Origin: Spirochaetaceae bacterium | GTDB taxonomy: Bacteria; Myxococcota_A; UBA9160; UBA4427 | DNA length: 64,000 bases | Direction of reading: 5' to 3' | Assembly (NCBI GenBank): GCA_020632655.1 | Contig: JACKFD010000002.1 | Coordinates: forward strand, 227,757-291,756 | Shown here: piece after piece, positions 37,280 to 46,356 of the stretch | Layout: every line of letters begins with the position of its first letter | Position numbering within the stretch: position 1 is the first letter of the stretch | The notes under the pieces: model-generated | The model's input: only the letters and a program-made list of their open reading frames with translations | Told to the model about the DNA's origin: nothing | The model's database searches: none | Made by a program: the position numbers and the translations under genes

Positions 37280-37888
37280 ATGTCCTTCTCTCTCCGCCCG
37301 TCTCTGCTGCGACGCACTCGCGTCGCCTCCCTGGTCGTCTTCTTCGTCGGGATCGCCGGCCACGCCTCGGCCGTGACGCTGGTCTACAGCGGGGACTTCA
37401 CGCCGGAAGGCGGCCCGACTGCCTCGGGATCCGGCTCGGCCACCGTCACGATCGACACGGTCTCGATCACGATGCGCGTCCAGGCGGACTTCTCGGGGCT
37501 CAGCGGGACGACGGCGGCGGCCCACGTCCACTGTTGCACCGCGTCACCCGGAGTCGGCAACGTCGGCGTCGCCACCGAGCTCCCGACGTTCACGGGCTTC
37601 CCGCTCGGCGTCACATCCGGAAGCTACGACTTCACGTATGACATGACCCAGGCGGCGAACTTCAATCCTTCGTTCATCACGGCGAATGGGGGCAGCACCT
37701 CCGCGGCGCTCGCGGCGCTGATCGCGGGTCTGGGCGACGATCGCGCATACCTCAACATCCACACGTCGACGTTCGCGGGAGGCGAGATCCGTGCCAGACT
37801 GGCACTGGTGCCCGAGCCGGGCACCGTCCTGCTGCTCGGGCTGGGGCTCGCGGGACTTGCGTGGCGGGGGCGGCGACTCGAGCGGTAG
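37280..37888 (+). CDS. CHRD-domain protein with PEP-CTERM anchor
   Basis: 202 aa with a signal peptide. AAAHVHCCTASPGVGNVGVA and AYLNIHTSTFAGGEIRARL are CHRD-type motifs. The C-terminus is LVPEPGTVLLLGLGLAGLAWRGRRLER. Confidence 0.8.
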   Translation: MSFSLRPSLLRRTRVASLVVFFVGIAGHASAVTLVYSGDFTPEGGPTASGSGSATVTIDTVSITMRVQADFSGLSGTTAAAHVHCCTASPGVGNVGVATELPTFTGFPLGVTSGSYDFTYDMTQAANFNPSFITANGGSTSAALAALIAGLGDDRAYLNIHTSTFAGGEIRARLALVPEPGTVLLLGLGLAGLAWRGRRLER

Positions 37889-37908
37889 GGCCAGGCGCGG
37901 GTCGACGC

Positions 37909-37933
37909 GAAGCCCCTACCGGGGACTTCGTTT
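37909..37933 (+). terminator. Candidate intrinsic terminator between convergent genes
   Basis: GAAGCCCC-tacc-GGGG(a)CTTC followed by GTTT, 21 nt after the CHRD gene stop. Confidence 0.4.
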
Positions 37934-38000
37934 GCCGATGCTCACCATGCGCGCTGGATGAGGTGCCATCGCGTATCCGGGCAGCTGCCGCCGGGGCGTC

Positions 38001-38828
38001 TCAGGCGACGAAGTGGTATCCGCCATCCACGTGGCGGACGGTCCCCGTCACCTCGAGTCGCGGCTGGAGGAGATGGGCCACCTCCTTCGCGAGCGCCTCG
38101 GGTGTGGCGTTTCCCAGCGGCGCGGCCGACTCCGCCTTTCCGATGGCCTCCATCAGATCCGGAATCGCGCCCCCCGCCCGGCTCGCGGCATACGGCGAGA
38201 AGCGAACGCAGTTCACGCGAATTCCGTGCGAGGGTCCTAGCTCGTAGGCGAGCTCTCGGGAGATCCGTTCGAGTGCCGCCTTGGCGACGCCGATGTTCCG
38301 GTAGGCGTGGGACATCGCGCGCTCCGCGCCCAGATAGGAGAGCGCAACGATCGACGCGCCCGGGCGCAGGCACTCGCGCGCCAGGAGTTCGCGCGTGATC
38401 GCGAGGAGTGAGTACGCCGAGACGCTCAGGCAGTGGAGGAAATCGTCGCGAGAGACCTCGAGCAGGGGCGACGCGACGCCTCGCCGGATCGTCCGATCCA
38501 TCGCGATCGCGTGTACGAAGCCGTCGAGCACGAGCGCACGGTCGCGAAGGCTCCCGCAGGCGTCTGCGATCGCGCCGTCGACCGAGGCGTCGAGTACGAC
38601 GGTCGGTGTGTCCTCGCCCAGCTCCCGGGCGACGACGGCCTGGAACGATTCCCAGGTCTCCGCGAGGTAGCGCCGGCCCGCCTCGGACAGCTCGTCGTGG
38701 TGCGCGGTCTGACCGAGGCCGGCGCAGACCAGCTCAGCGCCAGATTCCTTGAGCTGGCGCGCGATCTGGAGTGCGAGTGAGTGCTCGTCGGCGATCCCGG
38801 TCACGAGGTATCGAAGTTGGCGGGACAT
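38001..38828 (-). CDS. Enoyl-[ACP] reductase-like SDR (FabI family)
   Basis: 275 aa. YLVTGIADEHSLALQIARQLKESGAELV is the FabI-type N-terminus. YRNIGVAK gives the Y-x6-K catalytic spacing. It lies 35 nt downstream of sbtB on the same strand. Confidence 0.8.
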   Translation of the reverse strand: MSRQLRYLVTGIADEHSLALQIARQLKESGAELVCAGLGQTAHHDELSEAGRRYLAETWESFQAVVARELGEDTPTVVLDASVDGAIADACGSLRDRALVLDGFVHAIAMDRTIRRGVASPLLEVSRDDFLHCLSVSAYSLLAITRELLARECLRPGASIVALSYLGAERAMSHAYRNIGVAKAALERISRELAYELGPSHGIRVNCVRFSPYAASRAGGAIPDLMEAIGKAESAAPLGNATPEALAKEVAHLLQPRLEVTGTVRHVDGGYHFVA

Positions 38829-38863
38829 GGGATGAGCCGGTTCCTTCCTGCAGCGGGTGCTGC

Positions 38864-39157
38864 TCAGTGTTTCAGCCAGCGAGCATCGCTGACCAGGCAG
38901 ATTCCCCCGGTGCGTTTCAGGATCGGGCGGACTCCTTCGACGAGTGCGGCGGTCTGATCGGCGGTAGCCGCCACGACGAACACGATGTTCTGGAAGGCGC
39001 TGGAGAGGCCGTCGCTCGTCCGATCGCCGCGTTGCCCGCGTCCGGCAACGGCGTGCATCAACGTGAATCCGTCGATGCCGGCGTCCTCGATCAGCTGACG
39101 AATCACCTCTTCCTGCGGTGCTTCCACGACGATCTCGATTCGCTTGACGTCTCGCAT
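38864..39157 (-). CDS. sbtB: PII-like signalling protein SbtB
   Basis: 97 aa. MRDVKRIEIVVEAPQEEVIRQLIEDAGIDGFTLMHAVAGRGQRGDR... is PII-like. It lies 11 nt after sbtA with AGGAG upstream. Confidence 0.8.
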   Translation of the reverse strand: MRDVKRIEIVVEAPQEEVIRQLIEDAGIDGFTLMHAVAGRGQRGDRTSDGLSSAFQNIVFVVAATADQTAALVEGVRPILKRTGGICLVSDARWLKH

Positions 39158-39168
39158 TCTCGGATCTC

Positions 39169-40155
39169 CTAGTACGGGCCCACGCCCGCGAGGCCGACCG
39201 ACTGGATCGCCCACCAGTAGAGGGGGATTCCGATGATCACGTTGAACGGGAAGGTCAGGGCGAGGGACATGGGGACATAGAGGCTCGGGTTGGCTTCCGG
39301 GAGCGAGAGGCGCAGGGCGGCCGGGACGGCGATGTAGCTCGCGCTCCCGCCGAGCACCGCGAGCAGGAGTGCGTCGCCTGCGTCGAGTCCGATCGACCAT
39401 GCGAGCCCGATCGCAAGGGCGGCGTGCGCGGGCGGCGCGACGATCGCGAAGACGAGCGGTCCGAGTCCGGCCGCGTGCAGCTCTCGGAGCCGGCGCGCAG
39501 CGAGGAGCCCCATCTCCAGCAGGAAGAAGCAGAGGACACCCTTGAACGGACTGCTCACGAAGGGCGCGACATCGAGGAATTCCGCGGGACCGATCGTCAT
39601 GCCGATGACCATCGACCCCAACAACAGGAAGACGGCCGGATTGAACGCGGCCTCCCGCAGCAGCCCGCCCCAGTCGAGCGGCGGCCTCGTCTCCGGGCTC
39701 GGCCCGCCGGCCGGGAATCGCTGTGCGAGCAGGATGCCCATCACGATCGCCGGCGACTCCATGAGTGCCATCGCGGCCACCATGTGCCCGCCGTAGCCGA
39801 CGCCCGTCTGGTCGAGGAAGCTCGTCGCGACGACGAAGGTCACCGCCGAGATCGAGCCGTACGTGGCCGCGACCCCGGCCGCGTTCGTCGATCCGAGAGA
39901 GCGCCGAAGCAGGAAGAACGTCCAGACCGGCGTCATCACGGACAGCGCGACGGCGGCGCCCAGGCCCGCGAGGACGTCCGATGTGAGGCCGGCTTCGTGG
40001 AGCTCATGGCCGCCCTTGATTCCGATGCTGAGAAGCAGGTAGAGGGAGAGGAAGCGCGCCACGGGTTGGGGGATCTCGAGGTCCGAGCGCACGAGGCGCG
40101 CCGCGACGCCGAGGGCGAAGAAGAGGACGGGGGCAGAGAGCAGGTTTTCCAGCAT
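39169..40155 (-). CDS. sbtA: SbtA-family sodium-dependent bicarbonate transporter-like permease
   Basis: 328 aa. LSAPVLFFALGVAARLVRSDLEIPQPVARFLSLYLLLSIGIKGGHEL matches the Sbt_1/DUF897 family N-terminus. It has about 10 TM. Confidence 0.85.
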   Translation of the reverse strand: MLENLLSAPVLFFALGVAARLVRSDLEIPQPVARFLSLYLLLSIGIKGGHELHEAGLTSDVLAGLGAAVALSVMTPVWTFFLLRRSLGSTNAAGVAATYGSISAVTFVVATSFLDQTGVGYGGHMVAAMALMESPAIVMGILLAQRFPAGGPSPETRPPLDWGGLLREAAFNPAVFLLLGSMVIGMTIGPAEFLDVAPFVSSPFKGVLCFFLLEMGLLAARRLRELHAAGLGPLVFAIVAPPAHAALAIGLAWSIGLDAGDALLLAVLGGSASYIAVPAALRLSLPEANPSLYVPMSLALTFPFNVIIGIPLYWWAIQSVGLAGVGPY

Positions 40156-40199
40156 CGGATCCGCCAGTTCGAGAGGAACCTTCGGTGGTGGACACGACG

Positions 40200-40227
40200 T
40201 TTATAACACGTAATTTATGTCGTGCAA
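40200..40227 (-). promoter_or_regulatory. Candidate sigma70-type promoter for sbtA-sbtB
   Basis: On the minus strand, TTGCAC-N16-TATAAA sits in the only AT-rich patch of the intergenic region, about 45 nt upstream of the sbtA ATG. It is flanked by CACGAC/GTCGTG inverted repeats. Confidence 0.35.
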
Positions 40228-40505
40228 CGGATGTCGGATCTGCCTCGGGGCCCCCCTCGGTCGGGGCCACCGGAAGGCTCGTTGCCGTGGCCTCGGACGA
40301 CGGTCGCCTCGGGCGCTGGCGGCCCGCGGACGGCACGGAGTCCTTCCGGGACCCGCGCGAAGACCGGGGCGCGAGTCGGGAATCGGCGTGGGGAGCGGAG
40401 CGGGATCCGACCGACGTCCGCCATTCGGTCCTACGCCCCGACTCGGGTCCTACGCCTCGACTCTGATCGGTGGCAAGCCTGCGCGGACGCGGCGAAGTCT
40501 CCCGA

Positions 40506-40949
40506 TCAGGCCCACTTCGGTCCCGTCCAACGCGGCACCGTGACGTCCTCGATCTGCGCGAAGACGACGCGCACGGGGTCGCCGATCTCGATCGTGGCCG
40601 GATCGACGCCGTCCGCGGTCAGGTTCGGCCCGCCGACCAGGCCGCCGACGATCCGGATCGTCGGATCTTCCGCGAGCGCCACCGTGACGACGGGGTAGGG
40701 CGCGATCTCGGCATAGGCCGGCAGCAGCGGAGGATGCGCGACCACGAAGGACCAGATCCGGCCCTCGCCGGAGACGGTCTTCCAGTCGCGCGCGACCGAC
40801 CGGCAGGCGGGGCACATCGGTCGCGGCGGCATCCGCATCGCACCGCAGCTCCCGCAGGTCTGGATCCGGAGCTCGCCCGCAGCGCAGCCGTCCCAGAATC
40901 CGCGAGTCACCTCGCTCGACAGATCCGGCAGGATCCATCCCGTCTCCAT
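40506..40949 (-). CDS. Zn-ribbon/OB-fold DUF35 protein (thiolase partner)
   Basis: 147 aa. LRIQTCGSCGAMRMPPRPMCPACRS is the Zn ribbon, followed by an OB-fold segment. The ATG lies 2 nt after the thiolase stop with GAGGAG upstream. Confidence 0.8.
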   Translation of the reverse strand: METGWILPDLSSEVTRGFWDGCAAGELRIQTCGSCGAMRMPPRPMCPACRSVARDWKTVSGEGRIWSFVVAHPPLLPAYAEIAPYPVVTVALAEDPTIRIVGGLVGGPNLTADGVDPATIEIGDPVRVVFAQIEDVTVPRWTGPKWA

Positions 40950-40951
40950 CG

Positions 40952-42115
40952 CTAGCTCCTCAGCACGAGCGCGCTCGTCGGAACGCACTCCCCACTCGTC
41001 ACGAGACAGCTCGAAGCGTTCGGGACCTGGCAGGTCGACTCGCCACGGAGCTGGCGGACGGCCTCGAGCACGTGATTGAAGCCGTGCACGTAGGCTTCGG
41101 AGAGGCTGCCCCCGGACGTGTTGACGGGGAGCCGCCCCCGGTCCCACTCGAGACCTCCATCCTCCGTGAAGGCGGCCCCCTCGCCGCGTTCGCAGAAGCC
41201 ATATCCCTCGAGCGAGAGCGGGATCAGAGGCGAGAACGCGTCGTAGATCTGCGCGCAGGAGATGTCCTTCGGCGCGAAGTCGCTATTCGCCCAGAGTCGC
41301 CGTGCGGCGGCGTGAGACGGACCGCGGAGCGGATCTTCGCAGAAGAAGCTGCTCATCGTCTGGTGCTGTCGGGGCAGGCCCTGCGCGTAGGCGTGGACGT
41401 AGACGGGCTTGCGGGGCAGATCCCGGGCGCGCTCCGCCGACGTGACGACGACCGCGAGCGCTCCGTCCGATTCGAGGCAGTTGTCGTAGAGACAGAGCGG
41501 CTCGGAGATCCATCGCGCGGAGAGATACGTCTCGAGATCGAGCTCCCGGCCGTACATGGCGGCCTTCGGATTCCGGTTCGCATGGCGGCGGAAGGCGAGC
41601 GGGACGTTGGCGAGCTGCTCGCGCGTCACGCCGTACTCGTGCATGTAGCGCCGCGTGAGCATCGCGATCTCGTCGACCGGCCGAAGCAGCCCCGCCGGTC
41701 GCGTCCACTGATCGGGATCGTCGAGTCGCTTGGGCGACTGACTCCATACCCGGGTACGCTTGTCGGCCCGCTTGCGGGCGCGCCAGGCGACGGCGACGTC
41801 GCATTGCCCAGCCGCGACGGCCATCGCCGCATGGCCGACGGTGCCGCAGGCCGCCCCGCCGCCGTATCCGACCTCCGCGAAGAACGTGATGTCGCCGAGG
41901 CCGAGGTTGCGCGCGACTTCGACCTCGCGCTTCGCCTCCATGTCGAAGAGCGCGAGCCCGTCGACTTCCGCTGGAGAGACGCCGGCATCGTCGATCGCCG
42001 CCGAGATCGCGAGACAGGCCAGCGTCAGCTCGTCCTCGGGAAGGCCGCCCTTGCTGACGAGAGGCGTCTGCCCGATGCCGACGATCGCGGTCTGGTCGCG
42101 GATCGATCGCGTCAT
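40952..42115 (-). CDS. Thiolase-like protein (SCP-x/lipid-transfer type)
   Basis: 387 aa with typical thiolase-fold segments: TAIVGIGQTP...DGLALF...GGAACG...NTSGGSLSEAYVHGFN. Confidence 0.9.
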   Translation of the reverse strand: MTRSIRDQTAIVGIGQTPLVSKGGLPEDELTLACLAISAAIDDAGVSPAEVDGLALFDMEAKREVEVARNLGLGDITFFAEVGYGGGAACGTVGHAAMAVAAGQCDVAVAWRARKRADKRTRVWSQSPKRLDDPDQWTRPAGLLRPVDEIAMLTRRYMHEYGVTREQLANVPLAFRRHANRNPKAAMYGRELDLETYLSARWISEPLCLYDNCLESDGALAVVVTSAERARDLPRKPVYVHAYAQGLPRQHQTMSSFFCEDPLRGPSHAAARRLWANSDFAPKDISCAQIYDAFSPLIPLSLEGYGFCERGEGAAFTEDGGLEWDRGRLPVNTSGGSLSEAYVHGFNHVLEAVRQLRGESTCQVPNASSCLVTSGECVPTSALVLRS

Positions 42116-42543
42116 TTCGTTCCTCCGCCTCGAGTCGCACGCCGCGCCGCGTGCGCAGGGGGCTCGGCCGATCGGAGGGGGAAATAGCGAACGGGTGGGC
42201 GATGGTCACGCGGGCCCATGTGCAAAGGTTGCGGTGCTGCCAATCGACGGATCGGGAGTCGCCGGGGCGAGAAGGACGAGTTCGGCGGCACGGCCGGTGG
42301 GTGGCGCGCCGAACCGCTGGAGCCGCCGCGAACGGATCCATCGACGACGCCGTGCGGGGCCGGGAACGCGGCTCGATCCGCCTGTCCGCCCGCGACGATT
42401 CTTTCGAGACGGCCCCCCGCCAGCAGTCGGCCCGTCGGGTAGAGCGGTCGGATTCCTCCGCCAGGATGCTGGGCGACGGGATCCTCCAAGCGAGTCGACG
42501 ACTCGGCGAATCGATCGATTTCTTCGATCCATGGGTTGCTCAT
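42112..42543 (-). CDS. Weak hypothetical ORF upstream of thiolase
   Basis: Its stop overlaps the thiolase ATG as ATGA. However, GC3 is only moderate by eye and the second half is Pro/Arg-rich. It may be non-coding. Confidence 0.25.
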   Translation of the reverse strand: MSNPWIEEIDRFAESSTRLEDPVAQHPGGGIRPLYPTGRLLAGGRLERIVAGGQADRAAFPAPHGVVDGSVRGGSSGSARHPPAVPPNSSFSPRRLPIRRLAAPQPLHMGPRDHRPPVRYFPLRSAEPPAHAARRATRGGGTK

Positions 42544-42691
42544 GACCAAGACTCCGCCCGCGGGAGATCTCCCCTTCCTGGATGCAGGCTCGAATTCGTC
42601 ACCTCGATCGCATAGCGTGTCGACAGCGATTCGTGCTGAGCGGGTCGGTGTTCGGCGTGGTTGGTGAGGCATCCAGACGCTCGGGGCAGCG

Positions 42692-44326
42692 ATGGAATGG
42701 GAAATTGGATCGATGAGGAGTTGCGCGCTCGTGTGGAATCTTCGTTCTCTATATCTGGTCAACCTGTTCCTTCTGATGGCACCGCGTCTCGCTCGCGCCG
42801 GCTGGGGCGACGAACGATGGGGTGAGCTGGTCTGGTCGGGCGCGGCACCCGAGGTGCCCCTCCTTTTGTCGCCGTGGCTGCAGGGATTCCTGACGGCGCT
42901 GCTCCTGATGACGTCTCTCCTGGTCCTCCGACGTCGGCCGCGTATGGCCGCCTGGCTGATCGTCGCCGCCATCGTCGCTCCCATCGCGGTCGGTGCTGCT
43001 CAGATCGCATCGCTGCCGTACTCGTTCGTAAACGGATCGATCGCCGATGCGAACGAGGTGAACGCCGACTTCGGCGTACTCGTTGCCGAGTCGAACGGAC
43101 AGGACCTGCGACTGGAGCTCCTCGAAGACACGACGGCTCTTCACGACTCGCGTCTCGGGATCCTCGAGGCGCTCGATCCCGGCGACATCACGGGCGTGGC
43201 GGCTGGCTCGGGACTCCTGGGCGGAGGCACCCTGGGCGACGTCTCGCTCAGTGTGGACACCAGCTATACGCAGCGAAGAGTCGTCGGGACCTGTCCAGCC
43301 GGACAATCCATTCGCGCGATCGACCCGGTCGGCGCCGTGAGCTGCGAGCCCGACGACGTCGGAATCAGCGCGGCCGCGGGCGACGCGAGCTACGTCAACG
43401 TCACCGGCGACACGATCACGGGGGTCCTCACGATCAACGGGACGGCGGCCGTCCGGCCCGGAGTGGGCGGAGGCTTCGAGATCGTGGACTGGGGGCCCGG
43501 AAGCGGCGCGGCGGCCGGAACCCAGGTCATCGCACTCGCCGAGGGGCAGAACGCGCAGCCGCAGATCCGCTTCCAATCGGACGCGGGAGGCGGATACATG
43601 GACGTCGGCTCGAGCGCCGGAGGCGGATTCGTCATCGAATCGAACGACATGCCGAGATTCACCGTCAGCGCCGGGGGAGCCGTCTGGGGTGAAGCCGGCG
43701 GAAGCTTCCAGACGCTCGTATCGAGCGAGTGGGTCGGGGTCGGGACCTCGCTCACGACTGGCGATTGGGTCGGGGTCGGAACCTCGCTCACGACCGGTGA
43801 GTGGCTCGGCGTGGGGACCGACCTCTACGTGGGCGGCACCTCGAACCTCGCCAACGTCTACTCCACGGGGGAGGTCAGCGCCGCGGCCGTGCGCATCCGC
43901 GGCGGCGCCGACATCGCGGAGCCCTTCGATTTCACCGGCGAGGAATCGATCGCGCCGGGGATGGTGGTCTCGATCGACCCTGCTGTGCCGGGTCGTCTGC
44001 GACGATCGAGCGATCCCTACGATTCGAAGGTGGCCGGCATCGTGAGCGGGGCGGGCGGCGTGAACCCTGGTCTCACCCTCACACAAGAGGGAACGATCGC
44101 GGACGGCGATCACGCAGTGGCACTGACGGGACGTGTCTACGCCTGGGTCGACGCCGACGCGAATGGAGCCATCCGCCCTGGCGACCTGCTGACGACGTCG
44201 TCGCGGCCCGGCCATGCCATGCGTGCGAGCGATCCCGCCCGGAGTCACGGCGCCGTGCTGGGCAAGGCGATGGGCCGCCTCGATGCGGGGCAGGGTCTCG
44301 TCTTGACGCTGGTGAATCTGCAATGA
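42692..44326 (+). CDS. Fibre-like surface protein (tail-fibre-like N-terminal/coiled region, conserved C-terminal globular module)
   Basis: The start is ambiguous (ATG 42692, 42776 or 42944; the last gives the signal-like MAAWLIVAAIVAPIAVGAAQIA). Features are SFVNGSIADANEVNADF, a heptad-like stretch, GTCPAGQSIRAIDPVGAVSC, three WVGVGTSLTTG-type repeats, and the C-terminus ...GADIAEPFD...YDSKVAGIVSGAGGVNPG...VALTGRVY...PGDLLTTSSRPGHAMRA...GAVLGKAM...LVNLQ. Confidence 0.75.
   Translation: MEWEIGSMRSCALVWNLRSLYLVNLFLLMAPRLARAGWGDERWGELVWSGAAPEVPLLLSPWLQGFLTALLLMTSLLVLRRRPRMAAWLIVAAIVAPIAVGAAQIASLPYSFVNGSIADANEVNADFGVLVAESNGQDLRLELLEDTTALHDSRLGILEALDPGDITGVAAGSGLLGGGTLGDVSLSVDTSYTQRRVVGTCPAGQSIRAIDPVGAVSCEPDDVGISAAAGDASYVNVTGDTITGVLTINGTAAVRPGVGGGFEIVDWGPGSGAAAGTQVIALAEGQNAQPQIRFQSDAGGGYMDVGSSAGGGFVIESNDMPRFTVSAGGAVWGEAGGSFQTLVSSEWVGVGTSLTTGDWVGVGTSLTTGEWLGVGTDLYVGGTSNLANVYSTGEVSAAAVRIRGGADIAEPFDFTGEESIAPGMVVSIDPAVPGRLRRSSDPYDSKVAGIVSGAGGVNPGLTLTQEGTIADGDHAVALTGRVYAWVDADANGAIRPGDLLTTSSRPGHAMRASDPARSHGAVLGKAMGRLDAGQGLVLTLVNLQ
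43737..43808 (+). repeat. 2 x 36-nt in-frame coding repeat (EWVGVGTSLTTG / DWVGVGTSLTTG), with a degenerate third unit following
   Basis: Read directly inside the fibre-like gene. The two units differ at a few synonymous or conservative positions. Confidence 0.85.
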
Positions 44327-45504
44327 GCGTCGTGAGTCTTCGACGAGACGCGCTCCGGCCAGGCCGACGCACGGACGACGTGGCGTTCGCGGCCTTCCTC
44401 CTCGTGGTTTCGCTCGTTCTTCCCGCGACGAATGCGTTTGCTCAGGCGACCGTGCTCGAGGGTGAGACCCGCGCGAACCAGCTGCAGTATTTCTCCATCC
44501 ACAACGCCTACCAGGGCTCGTACTCGCTCGACGAGCAGCTGGATCGGCTGAACGTGTGGGAGCTCGAGCTGGACGTACGCTGGCGAGACAACGCGCTCTG
44601 CCTGGGAGGGGGTACGGGCTTCTACGTCGCGCACCACTGCGCCGATCCCGACGGCGAGGGTTGGCTCTCGACGTACCTCGACGAGATCGCAGCGACGACC
44701 CGCATCCAGGAAGGGTTCTTCTTCCTGAACTTCGAAATGGGCGACGGATTTGCCTGCCTCGGCTGCTTCAGCGGCCCCACGCTCCCCGCGGATTGGGCGG
44801 CGCGGCTCCAGACGGAGATCACGAGCCGTGTCGGCGCTGCGGCCGTGTACACGTGGAACGACTTCGTGGCGGACGGTCGGAGGTGGCCCTCGACCCAGGA
44901 GCTCCGGCGGCGCGGCAAGCACATCGCGATCCACGTCAATCGGGAGACGTCGGCAGGCTTCTTCTTCGCGCGGAACAATGAGTTCGAGGCGAGGGACCCG
45001 ATCGCGGTCTGGAACTTCTCGGACCAGAACGGCGGCGCGGCGAACGTTCACAGGACGGGGGACCGGTATCTGATGCGACGCTATCCCCAGGCCACCTGTG
45101 CGCTCGAATCGACGGCCGAGACGAATACGGCCATCGCGAACGGATACAGCTTTCCGTCGACCAACTGCATCGACGAGCACGTCGACGAGCCGCGCTTCCA
45201 TCCTCCGAATCCCATGTACGTCAGGGAGCAGTCGCTCTTCGGTCCGGGTCGGGGCACGTCGGATAGCCCCTATCAGGGTGATTTCGGGATTCCCGATGCC
45301 ACCCTCGGTCTCCGACGCGCGCTCGATCGGGTCGCCGGATTCGAGACGAGCACGGGTGCGCGGTCGCTGGTCGAGATCTGGATCACCCGTCCAGTCGGTG
45401 GAGGCAATCTGCAGATGTCCGGCGGCGTGCCGGGGCAGGACTACGTGATCGACGAGGCGGTGCTGCTGAAGAACAGGGGCGCAGAGGATCTGGTGTTGGA
45501 ATGA
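44323..45504 (+). CDS. Secreted PLC-like phosphodiesterase (PI-PLC X / TIM-barrel superfamily, tentative)
   Basis: The ATG overlaps the fibre gene stop as ATGA (44323-44326). The signal peptide is AFLLVVSLVLPATNAFA. QLQYFSIHNAYQGSYSLDEQL...WELELDV resembles the xTHNSY start of Ca-dependent PI-PLC-like domains. Confidence 0.7.
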   Translation: MSVVSLRRDALRPGRRTDDVAFAAFLLVVSLVLPATNAFAQATVLEGETRANQLQYFSIHNAYQGSYSLDEQLDRLNVWELELDVRWRDNALCLGGGTGFYVAHHCADPDGEGWLSTYLDEIAATTRIQEGFFFLNFEMGDGFACLGCFSGPTLPADWAARLQTEITSRVGAAAVYTWNDFVADGRRWPSTQELRRRGKHIAIHVNRETSAGFFFARNNEFEARDPIAVWNFSDQNGGAANVHRTGDRYLMRRYPQATCALESTAETNTAIANGYSFPSTNCIDEHVDEPRFHPPNPMYVREQSLFGPGRGTSDSPYQGDFGIPDATLGLRRALDRVAGFETSTGARSLVEIWITRPVGGGNLQMSGGVPGQDYVIDEAVLLKNRGAEDLVLE

Positions 45505-45603
45505 CGAATCGGATCGGGTCGAGCACGTCGAGATTTCGTGTGCAGGAACCGCGTCTGTACCGCGCGGGCGCCGCGGGGATTCGATTCCGCGTGGGCCGGC
45601 GCG

Positions 45604-46356
45604 CCCGCCGTCGATCGTGAGCGCGCGGACGTCCGGACCCGACGCGACGAGCGCGCACTCGTGGCAGAGGCTCGCGTCCCCGTTCGTCTCCTTGACGAGG
45701 ACCAGCCGCTGGAAGGTCGCACTCGGCCAGAGCGTGCCGCCGAGATCCGAGGGCGCCGGATGGCCCGTGAAGTGCCCCGAAGGTTCGATGTAGGCACCGA
45801 AGTCGGAGAGGCGGTCCTTCGCATCGAACACGCGACGCCAGCTGCCGGCGCCGGCGTCGACCTCGAAGACGAGCTCGACGTTGTAGGCGGGGGCGGTGAT
45901 CCGGTTCGAGGTGTCGAGCTGCAGACCGACCTGCTCGGCCGGCGGAGGCGCGTTGCCGCCGAAAGGGTAGACCGTGTGGATCCCGCCGAAGACGTTCGCG
46001 CTCGAATCGCTCGACGGGGCGAGCGGATCGATCTCCGCGAGGGACGGCGCGCCGGGCTGGTCGGCATCGACCGTACCGTCGAAGGCGTAGCTGATGAAAT
46101 CGACGATCGCGTAGGGATGATCGAGCGGGTCACCGCCGGCGGCCAGCTCTTCGCCGTCGAGGACACCATCGCCGTCGGAATCCGCGACGAGCGGGTCCGT
46201 GCCGAGGACCGTCGTCTCGTGCCAGTCCTCGAGCACGCCGCCATCGGAGACCCGCTCGTTCCGTTTCCGAGGTCGAGTTCGTCGCCGCTCACCAGATCCT
46301 CGACGGTGCGCGGAGATCGGTCCCGCCCATGGCAGCTTGCGCTCGCCCGCCCCCAC
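45604..46356 (-). pseudogene. Remnant of a secreted Ca-binding-repeat + jelly-roll (LamG-like) protein; no credible start, no stop
   Basis: About 216 aa are convincingly protein-like (GTDPLVADSDGDGVLDGEELAAGGDPLD...VELVFEVDAGAGSWRRVFDAKDRLSDFGAYIEPSGHF...LVLVKETNGDASL). This is preceded by Arg-rich junk with no signal peptide. It runs without a stop into the antisense of the PLC-like gene. Confidence 0.45.

Noticed and set aside
45560-45605. tRNA T-arm-like string (ccgcGGGGATTCGATTCCgcg) as a possible att site or tRNA fragment matching the tRNA-Arg 3' end
   Set aside because: Only GGGATTCGA is shared with the tRNA. No 5-bp T-stem or acceptor pairing can be drawn, and the similarity is too short to call. 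A similar chance string lies at 7513-7530 (GATTCGAATCC).
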